64,000 bases of DNA, taken from the human T2T-CHM13v2.0 reference genome, Homo sapiens. Location: the NCBI RefSeq assembly GCF_009914755.1, contig NC_060926.1; one strand, written 5' to 3'. The notes under the pieces are model-generated. The model saw only the letters and a program-made list of their open reading frames with translations, searched no databases and was not told the DNA's origin. The translations under genes were made by a program, and so were the position numbers. How positions within the stretch are numbered: the first letter of the stretch is position 1; the number at the start of each line of letters is the position of its first letter. Below are positions 30,124-46,104 of the stretch, one piece after another.

Positions 30124-30325
30124 TGGTTTTTCTTTTAATTGAGGAAAGTGACATTGTATTTCAGGACTTGGTTATTTTCCGGTATACTGGCTGATAATTC
30201 ACTTTGACAGTAGACAATGCTCCCTATAATGGAGGAGGGAAAACTGAATTATTGATAACATTACAGAGCAATATTTAATGACATGGAAAGATGTTCCATG
30301 TGATAAACGGAATGTTGTTTTAAAA

Positions 30326-30366
30326 TGTGTGTGTGTGTGTATGTGTGTGTCTGTGTGCCTGTGTGT
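30326..30366. repeat. Imperfect (TG)n microsatellite
   Basis: Seen directly. Confidence 0.85.
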
Positions 30367-30430
30367 ACCTGAAGAAATGAGTGAAATCACATACTCTAAC
30401 ATGTTAACAGAGCTTATCTTAGTAATTGAC

Positions 30431-30550
30431 TTTTTTTTCCTTCAGAAATGGTATCTCTCTATGTTGCTCAGGTTTGACTCAAACTCCCATGCTCAAGCCT
30501 TAGCCTCCCAAGTACCTGGGACTCCAAGCATGCACCACCATGACCAGCTA
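30431..30550 (-). mobile_element. Alu monomer (FLAM-like)
   Basis: Degenerate single Alu arm. Confidence 0.7.
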
Positions 30551-30660
30551 GTAGTGGACATTGGGTGGACATTGGATTGATACATATGTAGGTATTTTAA
30601 TATATATTTAATATATACATATATTTCTTAGCAATTTTTTGTAAAATTTTCTTTTTATAA

Positions 30661-30984
<324 letters not shown>

Positions 30985-31752
30985 AAAAAGCAGAATTTTA
31001 AAAACAAAAAGTTGTTATGTTTTTAAAAAAATAATTTTATCTTTTAAAGTTCTATTCCATTAGATTAACTGTCTCCATAAGACATCTATTTCATAATTAA
31101 CTCTTACAATTTATTTCTTAATTTCAGTTAGCATTTCATTCATAATAATCTCCAGACACAGCCATTTTCAAAAATTAACGCTTTTCCCTTTGGCAATAAC
31201 CAACACACCCCCATGACGATTGCAGCTCTCAGGTCCTCCGTCCCATCACCCAACTTGGCAAGAACCTGGGGGATGAACACAGAAACTCACACCATGGTGG
31301 GAGACAGGACTGCTCTGCAGTTTTCAGGCTGGCATCTTAGCAGCGCATTTTTTGGACTGTTTGAGAGCAATTGCCACAAAGTGAATGTACTCTCTTTTCA
31401 TAAAGTCCATCAGAGCACCAGGGGTATGAAGTCTTCCACAGAAATGCAAAATACAGAGCTAACCACCGACCGCGAAGCAGAGGAAGTGCAGTCATGTGCT
31501 CAGGCTGTAGGTCTCCATGGAGACACCCTTCTGTCTACATCCTTATTTATCATCTGGGTCTCTAGTCACTTCATAACCACAAGAGGAAAAAAGAGCCATG
31601 GATTCAACTTGCACTGGCTGCAGAGACAACCATATATACTTTTATATACTCCTTGACTCATACTGTGAGCAGCGCTATCCACTGCTACCGCAAAGTGAGA
31701 CTAGGAAATCTGAGAAAAGAATGAGACTCACATTTGCCTGCTTGAAAATTGA

Positions 31753-32211
<459 letters not shown>

Positions 32212-32258
32212 TAAGTAAGAAGGACATCTATCCATTTTTCTCCCATGTGTGCAATGTA

Positions 32259-32930
32259 ATTTTTTTTTTTAATTTTAAGTTCAGGGGTACTTGTGCAAGT
32301 TTGTTATAGAGGTAAACCTGTGTCACTGGGGGTTTGTTTTACAGATTATTTTGTCACTCAGGTATTAAGCCTAGTACCCATTAGTTATTTTTCCTGATCC
32401 TTTCCCTCCTCTGACCCTCCACCCTCCATTAGGCCCCAGTGAGTGTTATTCCCCTCTATGTGTCCTTGTGTTCTCATCATTTAGCTCCCGCTTGTGAGAA
32501 GATGTAGTATTTGGTTTTCTGTTCCTGTGTTAGTTTGCTAAGGATAATGGCCTCCAGCTCCATCCATGTTCCTGCAAAGAACATGATCTCATTCTTTTTT
32601 ATGGCTGCATAGTATTCCATGGTATATATGTACCATATTTTCTTTATCCAGTCTACCATCGATGGGCATTTAGGTTGATTCTGTGTCTTTGCTATTGTGA
32701 ACAGAGCTGCAATGAAGATACACATGCATATGTCTTATAACTGAATGATTTATATTCTCTTGGGTATATACCCAGTAGTGAGATTGCTGGGTTGAATGGT
32801 ATTTCTGTTTTTAGATCTTTGAGGAGTTGCCACACTGTCTTCCACAATGGTTGAACTAATTTATACTCCCACCAATAGTGTATAAGCATTCCCTTTTCTC
32901 TGCAACCTTACCAGCATCTGTTATTTTTTT
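32259..32930 (-). mobile_element. 5'-truncated L1PA 3' end
   Basis: ORFs 32477..32725 and 32692..32889 give ORF2p C-terminal motifs; poly(T) at the left end. Confidence 0.93.
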
Positions 32931-33939
32931 GTACCATGTCACATTTTAAATGTTAAACATCATTTCACTCATAGGAAAAAGAAATACACTGGGGCCAACT
33001 AGCTTGAGACAGACCAGCTCTTCCATTGTGCAACTTAACGCCTATCAAAAAATAGCAGAAAAATGGCTTCAGTGTATCTGTTCTGATGGTAGGAGAAATG
33101 GACTTGATAATATAAAAGAATCTCTTTAGGCCAGAACCAATTTTACAGATCTTTTTTTACACCTAAGTAATGCCCCACATTTCATTAAGGGTGATGACAA
33201 TGTTGTCAATGAAGAAGTTGCTTCTCATATAACTATACTGTCATGCAATTAAGTTCTTTTAATTTTTTCCCTCTGAATGTACTTTTATTCTTTGTGGAGC
33301 CAATGTTAATAGTTAAAGTAGTACAGTGGCTTACAAAAGTCAGGATAAAAAGTTAAAAAAGAACAAAGTAAACACAGTGTTCCTAAGCCTTTCATATACA
33401 TTATCTTACAATTGTCAAAAATACTCTGAACATTGTTACTCCTACCTTAGAGGGATGGATCTAGGGTTTTGCTTAGGATGATGTAACTAGTGTGTCATAG
33501 GGCTTAGATCTGTGCTCCTGCGTGTTACCTGGGTTACATAAGGTGACTGCAACTCTGAAGCAGAAAAGCCAAGTAACTCTTTCTTCTCATCAGACCCCAA
33601 AAGATGGGGCTTGTTACGGAGAGGGTATGAAAAGAGGCTGCTTGCTCAATGTGCCTAAGACCATCTTTATTTGTGCTGTTTTATAATCTGGGTAAAACTA
33701 GGAATGTAGAAGCAAACTTAGGTCATAGTGAAGACAGGGAGAAAGGACAGTGCCTGTTACCCAACTGTGTGTATGCTACAATAATGAAGAATACCACCAT
33801 TTACAATGAGTTAGCACATGAACTTCCTGGAGCTCCAGGGGGAAGCAGAAATGCAAATCCAGCCTGACCCTCAAGATTCTTCAGCAACCCTTCGGTGTTA
33901 CTTCTTGCTCAACCCAACCTAATATACCACCTCCTCCAG

Positions 33940-34330
33940 GCCTGTTACAAATGAGAAAATCAAGGCTCAAAGATGAAGTGTTCTCTAAGGTCCCAGAGTT
34001 AGCTGGTGGCAGAGGTGGGACTAGAAGCTAGGTCTTTTAACTCCTACCCCTGCCCTCTTTCCAATATGCAAATATCCTGCCTGATATGTATTACAGATGA
34101 TGGTGACAGAAATCACAATGGCAGCGATCACTGACTGGATGCTTACTCATGGCCAGAGACAGTATTAAGTATTTTTCATGAATGATTTCACATCATCCTC
34201 AGAATTTCAAATCCACCAGATAGATGAGGAAACAGAGGCTCAGAAGGATCATGCAACTTCACCAAGACCCTGCTGCAGGTAAGTAACAGAGGTGGGACTC
34301 AGCCTAGGTCTCTCTGAAGCTAAAGCTCCA
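33940..34330 (-). mobile_element. Two MIR fragments
   Basis: MIR cores 'acaaatgagaaaatcaaggctca' and 'agatgaggaaacagaggctcaga'. Confidence 0.65.
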
Positions 34331-35281
34331 GGTCTATATCAAATTACTTGTCTCTACCCATCAGGTTTGGTGAAAATTACAGTGATTAAATATGAACAGT
34401 GGACATATCTGCTTACTGTTGCACTTTATTCCATATACTTTAGTGGCTTTACAGAAATAGATTTCAACAAAAAGCTGACCATTAATCTACCCTTTCCTTC
34501 TTCAATGCAAATTCTTAAAGAGTTTCTCAGAAGAGTAAAAAGCCTTATTCAGATAGGCTAAATCTGTTGATTTATGTGTTGAAGGGGAGAAAACTCATTA
34601 TCCAAGCATAAATAAAATGAGCTAGTTCTTTAAATAATGAAATCAAATAATGAATTCCCAGATTTGGAAATCAAATATGCCAGGTAATACTTAGGTGTCT
34701 GGATGCACAGCCTGTTCAGACTGTGATGCGTGTGGGGTGGCCAAGGAGGCTCAGGCAAACCCTTGAGCAGTCATTCTTTATCGCTCTCTCCATTTGTATT
34801 TTCAGCACCCTTTTTCTCATCTGTTGATGCTGACAATACAGTTCTTAAGAACTGGCATCTTTCAATTGCTAAGAAGAAAGCTTTGATAACAGATTGCTCA
34901 GTTGCTTGTACTTAAAGAAACAGATGACATCTTGGGGTACCTAATGTCACCTTATATAGTAACAATAATATCACCTAATATCACTAATAAAATAGGTTTC
35001 TCAAAGTCATCTATACTTCAATTTAGGATAACATCTTGGGGTACCTAATATCATTTAATCTCTCTAGAGTATAGTTGTATTATTAGTAAAGTTAGAGGCA
35101 ATTTCAGCTCCTTTTTACCTCAAAAATGCTACAGTATTACTACTAATTGGATAAAGGAATTCTAAAACAAATTTTCTTCCATTCCTCTTTTGTTCATATG
35201 CTCCTTTTCTGTTGCTCCAGCTCCAGTTATCTCCACTCAATCTCAAACACTTTTTGTACTAGTCCTTGCTTCTATTTTCCA

Positions 35282-35385
35282 TATCAGATGGGTAATGTGT
35301 GGACGTTGTAATAAGGCTTGAGGGTGGCACATCTCACATATGTGCATGAACACCCAATTATCACACTGACAAATTGCAAAAGGAT
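35282..35385 (-). pseudogene. U13 (SNORD13) C/D snoRNA retrocopy in the last HECW2 intron
   Basis: Minus strand ATCCTTTTGCAATT...GTGATAATTGGGTGTTCA...GTGAGATGTGCCACCCT...CACATTACCCATCTGA aligns full length to recalled U13; box C changed to TGATAA; degenerate TSD at 35261-35276 and 35387-35403. Confidence 0.9.
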
Positions 35386-35926
35386 CAGTCTTTTGCTTTT
35401 ATTAGCAGCAACAGCAAAGCATTTTTTTTCTATTCTAAGGAAATATGTAATCTTACTATGAATGAGAATACAATGCAGAGAGCATGGAATTAAGACATGT
35501 ACGAGACAGGCTAAAGAGATCTAGAGCACATCCACATTATCTAATATCCTTTAGAAACTACAACGGTAATTTTTACTGAAGGGATTCTAAATAGTTATAA
35601 AGTTAAAACTCAAGCTTCTGGAAACACCTGATTAGAGCCACAATCATAAGCCACAAGCATGATAACCAACGTCGCTTTACTGATGCTAACAAATACTTTG
35701 CTTTTGTTGTGTTTTGTATTTTAAGATATGGATGTATGTATTTTAAGTGTGACCAGAGAGATCTTTTTTCCTCTTCGTTTAGAAAGGTTATCAGGGAGAA
35801 ATTCATTCTAAGAGCTTTTCCGCTCTCCCAAACTTTTAATATAAAAGCAGTAATTAATCAATATATACATAAATGAATGTCTCCACCAAATGTTGTGACA
35901 GTAAAGAAATGTTATTTTATATTTTA

Positions 35927-36043
<117 letters not shown>

Positions 36044-37046
36044 TCAACCCAAGAAAACAGAAGGAGAAGGTGAAGCCAGAGACCAACAGCCAGGAAAGGC
36101 ATCACGTCATTCACGGGCAGAGCTCCTGAGGAAGAGCAGGCAGGAAAGTTCTGAAGACAAAACTTCACAGGTGTGGAATAATCACAACACAATTCTGACA
36201 CAGAGCCAGAAGATAATACTAAGAAAGAGAATACTGTGCATGATAAAGGGAAAGGGGATGTGGAGGGTTTGTAGAAAATAAAGCACCTGATGCAGCTGAC
36301 CAGCTCAGAAGCTTAAACCGGGCACATTTCCCACTATAGATGAATAAAGTGGGATCAATTAACCCGAGTCAACTTAGCATCAGTCCTTGATCAATGTCGG
36401 GTGAATTTAAAAAAGAGAATGTCTGGGCCTGCAATTTTGAGGCCCAGACCCTTAATCCAAAGGAGCTAAGATCCAAAGGAGCTAAGAGTACTTGTAAGGC
36501 TCTGCCTGAGCATCCAGAGACTTCCTTGTGTCTGGTATTTCTATAGCTGCAACTGATCAGTAATTGTCCTGGATGACCATAAACACCACACGCAAAAAAA
36601 AAAAAAACACAAGTTAGTTTTCCCACTGTTCTTGAATGTCACTGTTTTCTCAAATTTGTGGAAAGTTAGATGAAAGAGAAGAAAGGACTGTCAACTAACT
36701 GCATCCCTTTTTAAAGAACTTAAAATCATTTCTTTCTGCTGCTAGGGATGCCGGCCTGCACTTTGGGTACCCTGGGTGCTTCTTGCTGAAGGGTCCAAGC
36801 TGTCCTGAAGGCAGATGTTGTTACTGGGATTCTTGGACTGGACTTGACACTTCCCTAAACTCTCATGAAATGCTTTAAGTTGGCTTAGGGAAGTTCTGAA
36901 TAGCCATGGAGTCACATAACCATGCAATCAGGAGTCTGGAAATGGTGTATCTCATATTTCCAGATACACATGGTATGTGTTTATGGAGAATAGTTAGCAG
37001 TTATTAAAAACATACACTTCCAACAATAATCATATTGATACATTTA

Positions 37047-37202
<156 letters not shown>

Positions 37203-38593
37203 TTAAGCCACCAAGATACGTGACACGAAGAGTCCCCAGACATAAATCATCCTCTTGAATTCTTTACAAGTTGTCTATAATTTTAAGACTAAGGAATAAC
37301 ACTGTATATATGATCATATGAATGTCAAAAGTTAAACAAAAACAACATTAAGTGAAACCAAGAGGTCTCTGTTTTCATTTAACGGTCACTAAGTGAAACT
37401 AGTAAAGAGAAGAACAACAAATGAGTTATTTTAACCATATCATTTCTGTAAAATACAACAGTTGTTACTGGAAATACTTAACTCTTTCGGTCATTCACAT
37501 AAGAAATAATTTTCAAATACCTCTATGCCAAGCACTGTACCAAGGTTGGGGGCATAATGGCAAAGAAAACAGACCCTCCCAGGGCTTCTGGCAGAGGGGA
37601 GACACATTAATCAAATAATTTATACAAACAAATACATAACTGCAAGCTCTCTTAAAAGCTATATATAATATTCATACTTTAAAATCAACTTAGTTTCACA
37701 TTGACTTACTAATAAAAAGGGAAAAGTGACCTTTAGTTCCTTAAATAAATCCTGAGTAATCACCAACTTAATTTTACTCTTATTCCATACTTTAGTAGAA
37801 TTTAAGAAAATGTCAAAGGAATCACCTCATGGGCAGTGATGATGGATTCCAAAAACCTTTCAGTGAAAACAAAAATTAAATTCAGAGAAAAGGCTAACAA
37901 GGATTTAGTGATTCAAACCAATGAATAGACATAGTTAATGGGCACTGAGTTAGTAGTCCAGAATAGAAGGCGGGTAGAAATTATTTTAATCCAAATTTTT
38001 CCTCACATTTCAGTAGTTGTAGGATTTGGGAGGAATCTCACCTTACTGTTTACCATTTCAGTGATGTTTAGTCCCCTTTGGAGAAAAAAAGGATCAAAGA
38101 GAAGGCTGATCAAAACTGGATTGAACATGAGGACACATGGGCCATGCCCAGAGTTTGGTGAAGACTAGCAATTTGGTACTGAGCAAAGTTTCTCATCTAC
38201 AAAAGAAGTGCACTGGCTCTTTGTAGCTTTAAAGTTTTTTGACCTTATGAATTAGCCCTTTTCTGCTTCCCTTTTGCTATTTGTGCCAAACCTTTTGGAG
38301 GAAGAAGAGTGAATGTGTCTCATCATATTCTCTCCTAGCAGCTGGGGTGTGAACATATGGCAGGTGGCAGCCACACAGCCGCTTCTTTACTCAGTGCCAA
38401 GTAGCTGGGTGAGCAAACATGGCAGCTGAGGTTCTCAGCATTTTTCTTCCCCCTCCCAAAGATTTCATTTGATAAGATTTACAATAACCATATAAATAGG
38501 TCCTTGATTAGTCAGATTTAGTGAATAAAATTTTATGCCATGAAAATACAAAAATGGCTGATTCTATTAATGCATTGCTATTAGAATCTCCTG

Positions 38594-38770
38594 GGTCCGG
38601 GCGTGGTGGCTTACACATGTAATCCCAGCACTTTGGGAGGCCAAGGCAGGAGATCGCTTGAGGCCAGGAATTCGAGACCAGACTGGCCAACATGGTGAAA
38701 CCCCATCTCTACTAAAAATACAAAAATTAGCCAGGTATGGTGGCATACACCCTCTGTCTGAAAAAAAAAA
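38594..38770 (+). mobile_element. Alu lacking most of the right arm
   Basis: Left arm and linker run almost directly into the A tail; TSD atctcctgg. Confidence 0.88.
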
Positions 38771-40093
38771 TTCATCTCCTGGAAGGAAAGAATGAGCTAA
38801 TAATATTTATGGTAAAATATAACTTATGTAGCATGTCAGAGAAATTGTGCTCTCAGTAAAAATCGATGGGTTAACAACATTATAATAACCAAAGAGATAC
38901 ATGGATTATACTTGGGCCAACTGGAAAATACTTATTTCAGCAATTGGACTTCAGAAATAGAAGCAATGGAAACTGCAATTAAATACAGCCTTTCAGATTA
39001 AATGTGTGAGCAAGGCCAGCCCATGGTGCAGGGATGAGCTGGAACAGGCAAGCACAGGCATAACCAAAAGCAATTTAGCAAATGTTAAGGCATTTTTTTA
39101 CTACAAACTTTTAAAACTACCTTTTTTAAAAAAAATCTCTGCTTCAACTTAGAGATAACTAGAGAACTGTTCAGCTCTCAATTTACTCTGCTAAGTGATT
39201 AATTCAGTGATGTTAGGTTTGTAGTTTTCATTCTCCAAGTTCAGAACTACTTCTAATCTCTTATACTTTGAGTTAAAAAACAAAACCCAAAGGAGAAAAC
39301 AACTGGTATTTGTCATGAATTTCTGAAGGCTTCCTAACATGGTGATAATTTTCAGAAAATGTATTCTTTGCTTAAAATTATTTAATAAAACCTTAACTCT
39401 GGGTTACCACCAGGTCCCTTGCAAAGTGTTGGTTTAACACTCAAATTTCAATGGCTTTGGTCCCAGTTACTAATCAATAATTTGTACTGATCTGCAGAAG
39501 TGTCACTTTTTTAGCTTCCCATTTTGTGAAGTGTCAGATAGTGCAGTTTTTAATTAATCTTACTACAGTCTTCTTTTCACTTGAAATTCATGCTTGAATT
39601 TAGAACTTCTCCAATAATGTTGTATTTTGGGAACTGTGTCTTATTCCATTCAAGTGTTCTGACTATGAATTACAACTGATAAGGAGCGTAGTGAACAGTG
39701 GAAAAACTGTGCTGATTGGGAAGCTCAAAGGGTGTGCTTTTCTAAGTTTTAGAAACAAAATGGAATAGGTGGAGTTTGACCAGCTGGATGTTAGCTCCTT
39801 GGTGCTTCACTGACAACACGATAAAGTAATTAATTAGTGTTCTTACGGTCACATTTCCTCACCAACAATTAAGAGTTATGACATCCTTTGACGGTGTGTA
39901 AACAGTCCTTCTCCCATCTGACAGACGAGGTAACTAGGAAAAGAAGAGAATGTACCTTGCCCAAGGTCTCAAGGGAGCCTGCATCAGACCTATGATTAGA
40001 GTCCAAGTGCTGTTGCCTGTCCTATATTCAGTTGGCAAGCTGAACCATGCCTTCCTTTAATTTGAAATTTAAAATCTAGCCATCTATAAATCA

Positions 40094-40246
<153 letters not shown>

Positions 40247-40599
40247 TTAGGAGCCTGGAGAAATATCAGCTATAATTAAGCCTTAGAAAAGGGGACACAT
40301 GGAGTTTCAGGAATAATATGTGTGTACCTTGTGTTGGCACTTGAAAACCTGTAAAGCTCCCTACAAATATAAGGCATTCTTTAGTATAAGGTTGATGAGA
40401 TTTGCCTTGACAGAATTTTTGTTTTATAATTGATTGCTGATTAATCTAGGTCCCGTCCACCTTTAGGAAACTATCTAGTGTTTCTACAGAAAAAGTCACA
40501 TACAATACATGCCAACTTATTCTGATCTCAGATATAATTATTTCACATAGCAAGCATGAGATTTGATTACCCATATCTAAGCATAAGATGCATGGCTTA

Positions 40600-41010
<411 letters not shown>

Positions 41011-41616
41011 TTACAAAATAAAAAGAATGACTACAAAGCAATACTCTTAATGTTATAACAACATTACTAGCATTGAGCTGAAATCAGCCAGCTACCTGTC
41101 CCAGCCCTGCCCTAGGCACATCCCACAAGCTGGCAGTGAGGCCCCAGGCACTCACGGAGCACACACACTCAGGAAAAAATAGGCATTGAGGGGGTGCTTG
41201 AAAGCTTTGGTGATTAAAGTATATATATGTATTGCTGTTACTACAGGTTAAGTTTTAAAATGCCGATGAATCGGCTTCAGATACTAGCCTGCTACTATTT
41301 GAATGTTTGACAAAACCCATTTTCACAAATTTCTCAGAATTGACTATATCTAGCGTAAAGATTTACTTTAAAGCAGAATTACACTCAAGTGAATGTTAAA
41401 TTGAGAACTTTTTCAAAACACATGGAATGCAGAAAAGCAGCTAAAGATTAATGCCTAAATAAGAATATTAATTATAAACTGGTATATAATTTCTGGAAGA
41501 AACGTTTTCCCTACTCTTCCACCAATTTTGAAAAAAAAATTAATATATTCTGTTCTTAAGTCTTCCCCAAAACATTGTTTATGTTCCCTTAGCTTCAAAA
41601 AAATCAATTTTGGTTC

Positions 41617-41922
41617 TCTTTATTTTTCTTTTCTTTTTTGAGACAGGGTCTCACTCTCGTCCCCCAGGCTAGAGTGCAGTGGCATGATCCAGGCTCACTG
41701 CAGCCTCAACCTCTCCAGCTCAGGTGACCCTCCCACCTTGGCCTCCTGAGTAGCTGGGACTACAGGTATGTGCCACCACACCTGGCTAATTTTTGTATTT
41801 TTTGTAGAGATAGGGTTTCACCATGTTGCCTAGGCTGGTCCTGAACTTCTAGGCTCAACTGATCCTCCTGCCTTGGCCTCCCAAAGTGCTGGGATTACAG
41901 GCATGAGCCACCGTGCCCAGCC
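41617..41922 (-). mobile_element. AluJ
   Basis: Antisense Alu consensus. Confidence 0.92.
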
Positions 41923-42234
41923 ACCATTCTATAAATGCCAATTAAAAAATTCTGTAGTGTGGACTTTAAAAAACTGCATTCTATATAAGGTAAATTCTCA
42001 TATTTTGGGGGATATTTTAGTTGGAAATAAAAAGAAGATTGCTTACAACATAAACAGTTATCACCATCTGTAATTTACAGCATCTTAATCTGCAGCTGAC
42101 ATTAATTCTAATCTTTATAACTGCGGTTATTATAACTGTGTGTGATCCTGAGTTTAAATCACCCAATAAACCACGAATAAATAAGCATCTGATCTTAGCC
42201 ATGGAGTTAATTCTTCACTCATCAATAGCCTTCA

Positions 42235-42507
<273 letters not shown>

Positions 42508-43139
42508 CTACATAGGCAGTGATTTCTGGAATGTTCTTAGTCCAAGTCCAGTAATTAAACCAAACCAGTGAAATAATTCAGAAATTTGTTATAAAATTAG
42601 AAAGTCCTAAATATATAATATGCCACAGGAATCATTCAGCCTGCGTCTTCCTTTATAGACACAGAACTGGAGGTGCAAAGAATGAGTGCCATCTGCGCAG
42701 TCATCCATCATCAATGCCAGATCAGGAACTGGCACTCGGGTTGACAACTTGGATCCATTATTCTTTCTGGCCATATTATACTACCTTAAAATACTGTTAT
42801 CTTAATTTGAAATTATTTATATATTTCTATATTTTAACTTTTTTTAATTGAAAGACATGATTTTTATTTTAATATTTATTTTATTTTATTTTTTATTAAA
42901 GACATGATTCATCTTCACATACATTCCCTTTTTCTTCATGGTTCTTATTCTGAAAATAGTAAGCCACAGAACCTGCCGTCAATCTGTATTTTTCCCCCAC
43001 TTTTTTTAATTGTAGAGAAAGAATCGACATGAGGTAAGTTACTGTTCCATGGCCCAGTTGTACAGTGGTAGTCATTGATTTGCTATAGCTGTTTTGAAAT
43101 TTCACTCCCCTTAACCCAATTTTAAGGGTCATTTTTTTT

Positions 43140-44860
43140 CAGTTCAATCTGAACATTCATTAGGCATCAAGCATGTACCAGACATCTGAATAGCTACTTG
43201 ATGAATAGTCACTACCCCCAGGAGCTAATGGGCTAGTTGGGGAGCCAAGTACACAAACAGATAAGTTAATATAAAGCGATAAGTGATAACATAAGATTGG
43301 TAACACTTAAAATTCATGTACTTTTAAAATCTATGTCACACTTCAATTTAAGAAAAGATAAGGTAGGGATAGGGATTTAGGTGTCAGAGCACACATGAGG
43401 GGCCTTTTCTTTGACTGAGAGATTCAGGAAAAGCTTTTTGCAGAAGATGATGCCTACATTAAATCTTTCAGGATGTTTAAAAGCAAGAGACGTAAAAAGG
43501 AATACATGAAGGAGGAGAAGGGGAAAGAGAAAGGAGAAAGAGAGAATAACATGAACAAAATACAAGGCATGGAAGTGTACAGGAAACTCCAAGCATATCA
43601 GCAGTTTGAGAGAGTTAACCTTAAGACAGAATTTCTAGAGAATGAGGCCAGCAAGGGAGCAGGCCTTAATATCATCCTAAGGAGATTGGTGATTCAGAAC
43701 TACCAAAAGATTTTAAGACAGGGCATGACATGATCAGACGTGAAATGTGAATTATAAACAGCTCCTCTGGAAGTCCCAGTGTGAAGGATTATTTAAAATG
43801 GGGTGGGATGAGGGGTGGTTATCATTAGAGGGTAGAGACCAATGAATAGACCACTACAGTAATATGGCCAAAATAAGATAAGGGCTCTAACTAGGGCTGT
43901 GCTATTAAGGTTGGAGAGAAGAAGATGAATTTGAAAATCATTTAGGAGGCAAACATGTAGCAATCAGGAAATGGTTTTATTGGGGGAGTATAAAGAAGGA
44001 TATCTAAAACAGGGGTGACAAACGAACTCATGTCAAAACTAACTGTAATTAATTGCTGGGCTTGAGCACTATAAGTTAAAAAGATTTCTGAGGCCACAGT
44101 GAGTTCAGTGGGAAAAAGTACCACAGGTGATTTGTGAACTCTACCCTGGGAATGATGGGGTAGAGTAGAGATGGGGAAGAGTAGAACATGTACCGTGTGT
44201 ATTTGTCATCGCTGTTTAAGGGTGACTCCCAATTTCTGACCAGAGTGGCCTGAGAATAGTGGCACTATTAACTGTAACTGGGCATATGGGAGAAGGTATA
44301 CTTTTACGTAGGGAAACTTGATGAGCTTAGTCTTAACCATGTTGATTCTGAGATCCTTGTAAGACATCCGAGTGGAGATATTTGGTGGACTGTTGACCAT
44401 GTGAGGCTACACCTTAAGGGAGATCATGACTGAGAGTACAGATTTGGGAGTCAGAGGAGATAAGACAGGAGAAGAAATTCCCCCATGAGAGCACACTGAG
44501 TGAGAAAACGAGGGGCCTGGTGATAGAAGCTTCAGGTACACCAAGACTTAAGGGCAAATCAGAAGAGGGACTCATGAAGGGACAGAAAAGTTAAAAAAAA
44601 GAACCCGCAAAGTACAGTGTCATAGATGCCAGCTCTGAAGGAAAGACACAGGAATAAATGGTGGCGGGTGTGGGTGGTGCACAGTGTCAGAAGCAGCAGC
44701 ATGATCCAATAAGATACGGACTAATCAGTATTCTTTAAATGCCTCCACAGGTTTTCTGGTGGGAAAGAAACCAGGCTGAAGTGTGCTTAGGGTGTGAATT
44801 TGAGGTAAGTGTAGACAGTCAGTATAGACTAGTTTTTCAGGAAGCTTAAATGAGAAGATA
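43140..44860 (-). mobile_element. Extended degraded L2
   Basis: L2 antisense motifs throughout a purine-rich plus strand. Confidence 0.6.
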
Positions 44861-45833
44861 AGAGATAAGGCAATGAAATGGGAAGATGCAAAGTGGGCCA
44901 CAAAGAACCAAAGAGACAGAAAACGGCACCTGTTCCCCAGTGCTACAGCTGTGAAGACACTGAAAGAGAAGAAGGCAAAAGTCTTTCTACTGACCCTCCC
45001 AAGGGCCCACAAGAAGCATTTTGTTTGCTTTCATTTGAGGTCTAGGCTTCCATTTTACAGTAAGCAAGTGCGTGGCCTCAGTTAGGGTATGAGCTGGACA
45101 GAGCCAAGTGATAATTCAGTGCATTCTCATCGCAAATTTGAGCTACTATCCCACAGACAGTTGTCTTCTGTTCAGCCTTGTAAATGGCTGCTGATTATAG
45201 GACAGAAACAATTAGCCCTACATTTTACAATAACTGCAATCTTTCATTAACAATGAAGAAAAAGTTCTGTGAATGCTGAATTTTCATTTTCCATAATAAA
45301 TTACTAAGGGCATAGAGAAAGTTTAAGAAACATATGGCACTGTCCACCCTTGACAAACAAATAAAAAACAAAACCAAAACAAAGGAAAATGAAGATTTGA
45401 ACGAGGAGTAAGCATTTGAAAATATGCATCAAGCCAAATATAAAATGTGTCTCATAAAGGAGAGGGGGGCTGTGAGTCACTAAGACTAACCCACAACAAT
45501 TCTATTAATAATCTGCATTAATACCACAGGAATCCCAGGGCTGTGTTTGAAGTACAATTGTTTTAAAGAAACACATGCTGCAACAAATGAGAATAAATTT
45601 TGGGGGGTAGAGCAAAACTAAAAATCTGGGGGCTAAATAGGTCAGAGGCAGGAAAAACACAGTAATCATATTTGAAATTGCATTAGTTTCAGAAATCTAA
45701 ACCACTATTAGGTTTAATAACAACAAATTTGAGATTGTGAACAGATAAACAATGACTTTGACAGAAGAATTTTTTCAAAAAAGTAAATACTGCATTTTAC
45801 ATGCTAATTATGCAGGCAATAAAAATATTCTTA

Positions 45834-45965
<132 letters not shown>

Positions 45966-46104
45966 TCATGGAGCAGTTTCTAGGTGGTTCCATATGCTTT
46001 CTAGAATGCCTTCCAGCGCTAACCATCTAAATTTTTCCAATATTAATTGCCTACTAGGTAGTGAGAATTTGTAGGCACCATGGGCTGTGTCTTCATCAGG
46101 CCAG

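Noticed and set aside
31213-31656. 147-aa antisense ORF
   Set aside because: No recognisable domain or promoter; the region is kept only as a candidate cryptic exon on the other strand.
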